Below are positions 42,157 to 51,754 of a stretch of 64,000 nt of DNA, in pieces. Below the pieces are notes generated by a model that saw only the letters and a list, made by a program, of their open reading frames with translations, was not told the DNA's origin and did no database searches. Position numbers and translations under genes: made by a program. This DNA is from a virus. Taxonomy: Duplodnaviria > Caudoviricetes. Location: the IMG/VR virus record IMGVR_UViG_3300029928_000001, positions 32,001-96,000 of that record; one strand, 5' to 3'. Position 1 is the stretch's first letter, and each line of letters begins with the position of its first letter.

Positions 42157-42673
42157 TTTTTGTTGCCAAAGCAGCAATCTTTCTATATAATAACTATTTT
42201 TCTTCTGGGGAAGCATCTCGAATCATATCGGTAATATCACTTGACAATTCTTTTAAATAATTTTCCAGATCATTTAATTGTTTAGCGGTATCATGATGCA
42301 TTTCCTTGGATTCCATATACATCTTTCTATACATTGGACTCCGTCCTTCTTTATCGGAGTCCATGTATCTATTGTTTCCATTTTTGGATAAATTCATAGG
42401 ACGCTCCGTATAATACATAGTGTGTGAAGAGTTCCCCTTATCATAATACGAAGAAGGACTTTCCATATAATAATAGTTATTAATTGGATTTTCTTCATTA
42501 GCGCCTTCCATGGCCTCAACTATACTTCCATAGTAAAGAGCTTCCTCAAGATCCTTAATCATATCTATTACTTCACCTAATTCTTTTGCATCTACGCACT
42601 CTAAATGAGACATCTGCGCTTCTGCTTGCGCCATTAGACAATTTTTCATAGATTTCAATCTTTTCATTCCCAT
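42143..42673 (-). CDS. Hypothetical protein of the five-gene cassette (2 TAG)
   Basis: ELGEVIDMIKDL, EGRSPMYRKMYME; C-terminus ASPEEK(TAG)LLYRKIAALATKIE. Confidence 0.7.
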
Positions 42674-42674
42674 A

Positions 42675-43097
42675 TTAAGCCACCCTTTCTATAATTAAAC
42701 TTGCATTTTGAATAGAAACAGAAGTGGCACTTGTATTTTCTACACTTAACTGCGAACAGCAACCAGCGGGAATATCTAAGAAAAGACTTCTATTAACTCC
42801 ATTATAAGTTGCCGCAGTCGCTGGTGAAGAGATCATAGTAGTCTCGGCTACTGGTTCACCGTTCAAAGCAATTGCTAATAAAATAGGAGTGATTGGAGTT
42901 GTATCGGCCGGAAGGGCTACATTACAACCAAAGGTCACTCTGAATCTAGCTCTACATTGATTAGTAATACCTCTTAAAGTGACTAAACCACTTCCCTCCC
43001 GATGAAGCATACATTGGCTTCCGGAAACAGCGGTATTAGTAAATACTACATTAGAGCCAGCCGCAACTGTCTATAAAGCATTTGCTGTTATTTCCAT
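42675..43097 (-). CDS. Hypothetical beta-rich protein of the five-gene cassette (TAG at codon 9)
   Basis: GGAGG RBS; MEITANAL(TAG)TVAAGSNVVF...HREGSGLVTLRG. Confidence 0.7.
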
Positions 43098-43120
43098 TTA
43101 TTTTACCTCCAAATAATTAA

Positions 43121-43903
43121 TTAGTAGCTAAGAGTAGAGCTACAGCCTGTGCATCCTGTATTGGCGCTGTAAGCGGAAAAAGGATTCTGTACGACGTAGG
43201 CCGGAATCGGCGCCTTTTGACCTAACTGAGCGATCAAATATGCGTTCTGCTCAGCCTGCGATTGTGCGCTTCTAAGAGCCTGGTTCTCAGTCGTAAGAGT
43301 TGTAATTTTATCATTTACTAAGAAATCTAAAATTGCTCTTGTATTTTCTTGTCCTGCTTGAATAATGTCTCTAGCATTGTCAACAGTAGTTTGACGATTT
43401 TGGCAAGCAAGTGTAGCAAGGTTGTAGTTTAAATCCGCGAAGTTCTGGTTGATGAGCTACTTGGACTCACAACAACATTGCGCTTGAGTTGCCGACATTT
43501 GGTTGAGCAAAGTCGCAATATCAAACTTATTCTGTAAATTAGTAGTATTTAAATTACAAATATCACTTTGAATACTTCTAATACCACCATTTACATATTC
43601 ATTAGTAGTTGCCGCATTAGTTAAACCGGATGTATTGAGATTATAGAAACCATTAGCAAGGTTAGTATTTAAATCTCCCATCATGTTTCTTAAGCTAGCA
43701 GCATCAATTTCTTCTCTTACTGAGTTAGTTCCGGCTCCATTGCCATTTCCTCCCCAGCTATTTCCACCCCATCCTGCGAAGCAAAATAAGAATAAAATAA
43801 TAATCCACCAAGCATTCCCATCGCCCCAGCCACCATTGTTATTTCTATCACCAGTAGCAGCAGCGATATCGGATAAAGAATATCCACCATTTTGATTAAA
43901 CAT
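43121..43903 (-). CDS. Gly/Trp-rich membrane-segment, coiled-coil protein of the five-gene cassette (1 TAG)
   Basis: GGWGDGNAWWIIILFLFCFAGWGG; QCCCESK(TAG); TRAILDFL; PIPAYVVQNP. Confidence 0.75.
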
Positions 43904-43918
43904 AATTTTTCCTCCTTT

Positions 43919-44158
43919 TTACAAACCAAAAGTGTTTTTAAAATTATTAAATTCGGAATCAAAATCTCTTCCGTTTTGAGAAAAAATATTGCGCGCAATT
44001 GCTTCAATGTCTCCTGTCTAACCATTCTATGCTAATTTAATTAAATTTTCTCCCATTGGTGTATTTCCCATTTGTTGCTACATCAAATCTAGCATAATCT
44101 ATTGCGGATTTCCACCTTTTCTTATCATTTGTAAAATCTACATTGGATTAGCGTTCAT
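43919..44158 (-). CDS. Gln/Met-rich small protein with 5 TAG codons in 79
   Basis: GGAGG RBS; MNANPM*ILQMIRKGGNPQ*IMLDLM*QQMG...LA*NG*TG (* = TAG). Confidence 0.75.
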
Positions 44159-44174
44159 TTAATTTCCTCCTTTT

Positions 44175-44552
44175 TTAGAATCTAAACTCATCTTCTGGCG
44201 GCGTAGTTTGCACTTGAGCCGCAGCAAGTTGAGTCAAAGCAATTTTAATATCTCCTAAAGTATTATCAAACTCTTCCTTTGTTACATATTGGCTTTCTAA
44301 AGTGGGAATTTCAGTAAGACAATACATATTTAGCGAAGCTGTTCCGTCTAAATTAATTTGCTTTGTATAAATTCTTTTATTAGCAAAATCTGGGAAAATA
44401 AAAATACTACCATCGAAGTCAATCTAAGCGGCTCTAACTTCGTCTAAGGAAGAAACAGGTCTACCCTTTAATCCTATTTGTGGCGGCACCATTGGCACAG
44501 GCTTAACAGGGGTAGGACTATACCCATTATAATTTGTGTTATACATAACCAT
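44175..44552 (-). CDS. Hypothetical protein, first gene of the five-gene cassette (1 TAG); absent from the ORF track
   Basis: GAAAGGA RBS; LKGRPVSSLDEVRAA(TAG)IDFDGSIFIFPD...IYTKQINLDG...YVTKEEF. Confidence 0.7.
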
Positions 44553-44653
44553 ATAAATCCTTTCTAAAGTTTTCTTTTTCTCAATAATATATAACTTTTA
44601 TTTTTAATACTTTATCAAGATATAGTATCACTTTTTTAACAAAAAACTCACAT

Positions 44654-44682
44654 TTGACTTTTTAAAAATTTTTTGTTATAAT
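44654..44682 (+). promoter_or_regulatory. sigmaA extended -10 promoter for LytTR-holin
   Basis: TTGACT-N17-TATAAT with TG. Confidence 0.7.
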
Positions 44683-44707
44683 AAAAGAAAAAGGGAAAAA
44701 AGGTAAT

Positions 44708-45436
44708 ATGTATAAAATTGCTATTTGCGATGATAATATATATACTTTAAATGAAATAACACAGGCAGTCTTAAATTTTAGCATTAATAAGAATTTACAA
44801 GTATAGATTTATCAATTTAATCATAAAGATAATTTTATGAAACAATTTGATCAATTTGACATCTACTTTTTAGAATTAGATTTAAAAGAAACTAATGGGC
44901 AAGAGTTAGCTATCCAAATTAGAAATAATAATCCAACAGCAGAAATAATAATTTTAAATTCAGATGATTTTTATCGTTCTTTTTCTTATAAAATAAATAG
45001 TTGTTATTATTTAATGAAACCAATTACTAAATCATTATTAGACACTGCTTTAGCAATAGCTTTTTCTCGTATTAAACAAAAGAAATGCATTATAAAGACT
45101 AAAGAAGGATATCAAAAAATTATATTAGATGATTTGTTATATATAAATATAGAACAACGTAGCTCTTGTTTCCATTTAAAAAATAATATTACTTTTTTTA
45201 GTACATGTCTACATGAATCATTTTGTAAAGAAAATAATTATTTGTTAAATCACCCAGAATTATTATTAATTGAACCAAGCTTAATAGTTAATTTAGATAA
45301 TATAGAAATTTTAAATAGAGAAAAAATAACTTTTACAAATAAAGATATATTATATTTACCAAGAAAAGCTTATAATAAAATTTATTCAGTTTGGTCTTAT
45401 TATCATTTACCAAAAGAAAGAGAGGAAATATTTTGA
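44708..45436 (+). CDS. LytTR/AgrA-family response regulator with atypical receiver (TAG at codon 33)
   Basis: MYKIAICDD is in frame with the 44837 ORF; YLMKPI; LytTR-like DDLLYI...SLIVNLDNI. Confidence 0.8.
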
Positions 45437-45825
45437 ATATTGAATTATTAAACCAAATTTTTCAATTATGTATTGTTCCATTGCTTGGTGTTTTAACCAC
45501 CTATTTAGTTCAATTTATTAGAAAGAAGGTTAAGGATATTACTGCCACAGAAAAGAATGAAAAAGCACAAAAATATATCCAAATGCTTTCTGATACCATT
45601 ACTAATTGCGTAATTGCTACTAATCAAACTTATGTTGATAATTTGAAAGATAAAAATGCTTTTGATGAAGAAGCGCAAAAAGTAGCTTTTGAAAAAACTT
45701 ATCAAGCAATTATGAAAACATTAAATGATGAAGCTTATAAGTACTTAGAAGAAATTTATGGAGACTTAGAAGAATACATTAAAACTAAAATTGAATCAGA
45801 AGTTAAAACACAAAAAAAGGCTTGA
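45433..45825 (+). CDS. Putative holin (LL-H-like)
   Basis: Single N-terminal TM segment; CVIATNQTYVD..K, TKIESEV. Confidence 0.6.
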   Translation: MNIELLNQIFQLCIVPLLGVLTTYLVQFIRKKVKDITATEKNEKAQKYIQMLSDTITNCVIATNQTYVDNLKDKNAFDEEAQKVAFEKTYQAIMKTLNDEAYKYLEEIYGDLEEYIKTKIESEVKTQKKA

Positions 45826-45841
45826 GTTTATCACTCAAGCC

Positions 45842-46543
45842 TTATTTTATTCTAATCCAAACTCTACCATTTACTTTAACTTTATCATTCCAATACTCAT
45901 ACGTAGGTATTTCAGAAACAATGCCAATTATGCGATCTGGATATTCTTTAATCTCTTCTCTCGTCATTGCCGACACTGTGCCGCACGGACCAGCGCAAAC
46001 TGCGTCGCCTACGCGCAACGTGCCACTCGGGCAAGCTAATACTCTTCCTACTATTGCTACTGGAGTTTTGCATTGCTCCGTTTCGCCAATCGCAAAACCA
46101 TAAGTGTCAGATATTACTTCTGCTCCTGACTGTAATCTTTCCTGCGCGAGGGAGAGCGTGCCGTCACCATTTTCACAAATCACACGACCTGGCTCATGCA
46201 CCTCGCTACACCGGAATTCCGCAAAGTCATTCCAAGCAGCTCCCATCAATACATTGGTATTACTAATATAAATATTAGAATTAGAATAAGTTTGTGGATT
46301 AGTTGCCTAAGAAGCAGCGCCTATAACATATAATTTAGTTCCTGTTAAATTTGTAGAACCTGCCGTATTTTTTGTATCAGTTGATGAATAATTATTTAAA
46401 GCGTTTTTTACAAAAGCCGTAGAAGCTGCCTATGTATTATTGGTCCCTGAACTGGCAGTAGGAACAGTAGGCGTCCCAGAAAAATTAGGAGATACTAAAT
46501 TAGCTTTTGTTTTAATTTGATTAATTATTTTTGGTTCAGCCAT
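45842..46543 (-). CDS. Tail-fibre-type protein with C-terminal chaperone/peptidase-G2-like domain (2 TAG)
   Basis: SPNFSGTPTVPTASSGTNNT(TAG)AASTAFV fibre motif; AAWNDFAE; in frame with the 45842-46249 ORF. Confidence 0.75.
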
Positions 46544-46552
46544 TACATAAAT

Positions 46553-46810
46553 TCACTCCTCATTTACTATCTAAACTTTAACTTTTAAAGCGGCAGTTTG
46601 CGCTTCGAAGGTTAAAGTAATCTTTCCAGCTACTACAGTTGCACCTGTTGGAGCTACTGTATAATTATCTGTATATATATCTATTAAAGATTCTGTTGTA
46701 ATAGCAGAGTTTGATAAAGATACTGATGTTGATCCGGCGGCAAGAGTACCTGAAAGGATCAACGGAGGAGAAAGTTTATCAAGTTTCTCCTTTATACGAT
46801 TTTTTGCCAT
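46553..46810 (-). CDS. Small tail-associated protein (1 TAG)
   Basis: AGGAG RBS; beta-rich; ends TGA at 46553 after TAG readthrough. Confidence 0.6.
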
Positions 46811-46825
46811 TTTATTGACGCTCCT

Positions 46826-47529
46826 TTATAATTTTACATATTTAAAACCATCTATATGTATACCATTTGTTGGATAATCGTCTGAATTGTCAGATACTAC
46901 ATACCCCTCTATTGTTTCTACACCTATAGTTTTAGTAATTGTTTTAGAGCCTAACAAATTTTGATCCCAATAATTTGAATCTAATGCTTCAGGACATGTT
47001 AAATTTCCATCAGTCAAATGCCATTTTCGATTATCTACATCGTAAGCTGGTCCACCCAAAAACTGCCAACCATATCCGGCTGTAGTACCTAAATAAGTCC
47101 ATGAAAATAATTCATAGCTCCCATTTTCTTTAAAAACAAATTTTAAAGCACTATTAGTCGAATTTGACGACCAAGTTGTTGTAATTAGTTCTAATCCAAT
47201 AATATCAGATTCTATACATGTATAATTTGGTATGGGTGGTGTTAATGTAACTACAGGCGGATTAACAAAACCTGACGATTGCATTTCCACAGTTACTTTT
47301 AAAGTACTTGTATAAGTTTTAGTTTCATCTTTAATTTTTTTCCAAGCATATAATCCAGACGATTTTCCTAACTCTAATGCAGTTATTTCTTCTATCATCT
47401 CTCCAGGAGTTAATAAGCCAGGATCAGAACCCCCCCCTCGATTACCTTGCGGCGAACCGCATCAGAGAGATTATTAAGGGTGGATTTTTTAATTAATAGT
47501 TGCTTATCATTTGTTTTTATTATATCCAT
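46826..47529 (-). CDS. Tail-associated protein frameshifted at a G8 tract (47430-47437)
   Basis: GGAG RBS and ATG 47529 give ..STLNNLSDAVRRKVIEGG; one extra G joins it to SDPGLLTPGEMIEEITAL and the 46826-47398 ORF. Confidence 0.6.
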
Positions 47530-47544
47530 AATTTTTACACTCCT

Positions 47545-47817
47545 TTAAAACGTTTCATTACCAAAACTTAATGATTCCGCTTCTGCAAGAGAAACTGCTT
47601 GCCATTTACCATTTACTACTTGAAGAATGGAGCCATCTGGAATCGATCCCATCGTCTTACCATTCCCTCCTAAAAATGGCAATGGATATAAAACATCGCC
47701 CCCCCCAAACTAGAGAGATTTAAAATATTCTGTCTCGCCGTCCCACATAGTGGCAGTTGGCCCTGATACTGACTCAAGCGCAGCGAGAACTTTATTTTTT
47801 ACTAATTTATCTGCCAT
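47545..47817 (-). CDS. Small protein paralogous to the N-terminus of 47835-48767 (1 TAG, in-frame G8)
   Basis: AAGGAG RBS; LVKNKVL...WDGETEYFKSL(TAG)FGGGDVLYPLP...ILQVVNGKW. Confidence 0.7.
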
Positions 47818-47834
47818 TTTTAATCTCCTTTTTA

Positions 47835-48767
47835 TTAGATACAGCCGAACGGAGCAAGCCCATAAGTATCGAACGCAGCGCTAGTGTTCGCACTGCCACT
47901 GCTAATGACACGACAGAAACGATCCGAGCCGCCCGAACGCGGAGAGCACTCCCACCAAGAGTATGCAGAACCTGTATCGCTAAGTTTTTTGATGCGGTTT
48001 GAGGCTGTTTGATACCATTTCCATTGTGCGTAAAGAGCTGCTTCATCCGATTGCGCATAAGACACGCTTCCAAATATGGCTTTTTCCGGCGCAAGTCCAA
48101 AATAGTCGGTTGTCTCAAGAAGTCCGCTTGAGCTTCCGCCGCCTTTTCCTTGCTTCCATTTGAACTGTTTGAAAATGCCGCGAAGCGTACTTGGGATTGC
48201 CGCGCAGAATACATCATTGCACCACGTTCTTCTTGCACATCCCGACCATCCATTGGTGTTGCTCTTTGTCGAATTCATGTAACCTGCTTCTGCAAGGCTA
48301 TTTTTTAGCCCGACAATGAATGACGGTTTGGTCTTGCCGCCAGATGTTGCCGATGCAAGCGTGAAGCCTGTACAAGTCGAATCCATCAGAACGAGCGTTA
48401 CTGCTTGCGCCGCATGGGATTCTCCCACCCCAGTTGCTGCCATTGCAGATAGCTGAACCGTCCGTTCGTCACCGACTGTCCAATAATCAGTTAGGTTAAT
48501 TTGACCTGCGTCTGCCGCCTGCACCATTGCGACGATCTCTTCATCCGTGCCGCCCGCCCAAGTGACAATCTTTAAACTATCCAACTCTCCGCTCCGCCAT
48601 TTACCATCTACCACCTTTAGTACCTAACCTTCTTCTCCATTAGTCGGTAAAGGATAATAAGTATTATTTCCATAAGTAATAGATTTAAAATATCCAGTTT
48701 CTTCGTCCCAATATTCAATTTTATCAGGAGCTCCTGATATGGCTTTTAAAATCTTATTCTTAACCAA
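47835..48767 (-). CDS. DUF6273/CLec-like putative receptor-binding protein (1 TAG)
   Basis: AGGAG RBS and TTG start; GWSGCARRTW; C-terminal WWECSP..FCRV..G..A..GLAPFGCI. Confidence 0.7.
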
Positions 48768-49565
48768 TTATCTCACTCCTTTATACTTATCAAACTGTGC
48801 AGGCACGTTCCCTGCGAGTCCGAAGGCCACCGGATGCCGAGCACACATAACGACTCTCTGTTCCTACCCAGCTCCTCTAACATTGCCGAACTTGGTTACG
48901 TCCTCTCCGAGTCCAGACTTGCCGATCGCAGCCGCAAACGCGTTCGTGCATTCTATTAATGTAATAATACCATTCTCATCTTTATTATAAACAATACTCA
49001 CATGCGTGATGTATCTAAATGAACTCTGCTCAAGCGCGTCAGTATCGCCGTCACTGATATTATCACTGCGATAAAAAACTAAATCACCAATATCAGCTTC
49101 TGAATAAGGAATCTCACAACCTTTTCTATAAAGCTCTTGCGCCATCGCTGCGGCATTGTCAAAAGTAATGAAGCATCGCTCACCATTTTCATTCTCGTAG
49201 GTGTTGCCTTTGTAGTACGTAGAAGAGTTCTTCATGATGCCATAGGCCGCCCTTGCCGCAAGAAAATCAAAATAATAACCCCAATCAAAGGCTGTATTAA
49301 TTTTTGTAGTTGGTTGGGCGGAAAAGTCAGAGACCTTTCTGCCCATCCATACCATTTGCGCAAATAATCCGCAATTAAGAACATACTTACCTTTATACAT
49401 ACAACCATTAATTTCATCTTGCGAATCTAAAGTTGTTACTGCTTTTGGATAAGCATAACTTTCTCTACGAAATGTTCCATCGTAAATAAATTTTGTTTTA
49501 TTATTAAAATAATCATCCATTAATTTCTTTAAGGATGTCTTTTGTCCATAAGTTAGTTTGTTCAT
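48768..49565 (-). CDS. NlpC/P60-like cysteine peptidase (cell-wall hydrolase), 1 TAG
   Basis: LNCGLF, IGDLVFY and ITHVSI motifs. Confidence 0.7.
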
Positions 49566-51742
49566 ACTTCCACCCATGATCCATTCATTTTTACATACAT
49601 TGACTTCATCTCAATCCACGGCAAAGCAATACTTCCCGCCGAAAAAGCTGTAGATGAAGCGCTTGTATAAAATACACTATTTACTGTATCATATAATCCT
49701 GCTACTGAATCAGAATTCCTTTTAGCTGGTACAAAATTTCTAACTAACGTACCATTGTCATAAATTTTGCAAGAATATAATCTCATCTAAGACTAATAAC
49801 CTACAGACCCAGCATTATTTACCGCAAATAAATATAGTGCATTTGTGCATGTACCAGAAGTAACAGCAGTATTAGTTACTTTTGTATTACCGACTGTGGT
49901 TACATTTTTATTTTTATCAACTGTTTGCCGAGTTAATAAAGTTGGAATGGAAACTGATTGATTTGTGCCGAAATAGTCAGTACGTAATGCCACAGATCCA
50001 CTATTCCATAAAATAAATTGATTAGATGCAGTACCTGAAGTAACATCTCTCGTACCATAATATCCAACTATGGATGAATAAGCTGCTATTGGTTCAAAAT
50101 CCATTAACACTCTTGTATTATAAGTTGGTTTAAAATTTGTATTAATATACTAAGAGCCAGAACTATAGATATATTTTAATTGAGTATAAGTTGATGGAAC
50201 TTGATAAGGCATTTTTATATATGCAGTACTTATTTTTTTCCAGTTATCCCTTGTTTCTGTGCTAGTCTCAAAAGTACCAGTGCCTGCATTAGTATAAAAT
50301 TTAGAATTTACTGTATCGTACATTCCTAATACATTATCAGAAGTGCGTTTAGCCGGAATGAATTTTCTCTATAATACATCATTATTGTAAATTTCGCATT
50401 CATAAATACTTAATCCATTACAAGCTTCTGTTAATGTTCCATTTCTATTAATACCAAATAAGTAAGCACTAAAGGCGCAAGAAAATGAAGATGTAGTGAA
50501 ACTGTAAACAGTTGTACCATTTTTCTTTAATACTCCTTTATCAAAATCTAAAGTCACTGGATCAGTCGTATTGCTTACATCCCATGTCTAATTAGTAGCT
50601 GTAGAATTATAATAACTTAAATGTTTCGCCCACATTGCAAAAGACAAAGAACCCCATCCAGTTTCAGCACCCATAATGCCAATTAAATTACTAGCAGCGT
50701 TCATTTTCATTTTTATAACGTACCTAGTATATCCAGTTGGCTTAAAACCGGTGTCTATATATTGAGTACCCGTACCTTTTAAATAAGGTACAGCGGTATA
50801 GCCAGATGGTAAATTAGGATCTATTTTTGCATACTTTTCATCACTACTTTGGGCTTCAATAACGGTAATTCTTACATAACCGTTGCCATAATGTCCAGTT
50901 TCAGTAGTACCAGTAGGTGAAGTCATAGAAGCATTTCCGGCAATCATAGAAGCATCTGTTAAATAATAACTACTATTTAATAAACATCCAGCAGGATAAC
51001 TAGGAGCTGTAGAACTAGTGTAAATATAACCAGAACCTCCGCCGCCGCCTCTATCATCATCACCAGAACTATCTGGATAAGAGCCACATCCTCCATACCA
51101 GCCGCCACCACCGGCGCCAGCATAACCAGAATATGCATAGCATCCAAACCCACCAAATCCAAAACCATTATACCAACTATCACCAGTATTTGTTGTGCCT
51201 TGTGTAGTAGCCACATATGTACTACTGCTAGCGGTATTACCATTTTGTGCACCACCATAACCATAAGAGCCATAATTTTGCGTACTAGCTCCTCCAGCAG
51301 TGCCACCGCCATACATACCATTTTTACTAGCAGCGCCATCCGAACCACCACCACCAGCAACAATAACTCTAGCATAAAGTGAGTCTTGCCTGATACGCAC
51401 ATCTGAGCCGCCGCCACCGCCTTTATACCCATAGCGGTAACCTCCACCGTTAAAACCTCCAGTTACAACTGCGTTAGTATTGGTACTACTATTACCTCCA
51501 GCGCCACCAGCGTATAAATAAACTACAGTTTTATCTATTAAAGTAATCGTACCTACACTATAGCCACCTTTACCACTATAACTCTACGAACTACGATAGC
51601 CGCCTTCAGCTCCCCACACTTCTAACTTATAAGTTCCAGGAGGAAGAGTAATCTATTTTTTAGAACCGCTATATGGACAATTTAAAATATCTCCTGTTTT
51701 TACTTTTGAAGGAATTGAACTTGTTAAATCATATGTTGCCAT
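49562..51742 (-). CDS. Gly-rich tail fibre / receptor-binding protein with two LamG-like repeats (726 aa, multiple TAG)
   Basis: Four ORF-track fragments share one frame and are separated by TAG; LPPGTYKLEVWGAEGG, IVAGGGG; repeated QYIDTGFKP / *YINTNFKP. Confidence 0.8.
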
Positions 51743-51754
51743 TCAAATCCCTCC

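Noticed and set aside
44590-44655. ACTTT/ACATT repeats about 20 bp apart as LytTR boxes
   Set aside because: Too short and degenerate to distinguish from AT-rich background
47807-48253. 148-aa alternative-frame ORF within the CLec-like gene
   Set aside because: Explained by locally higher GC; no RBS or motif support
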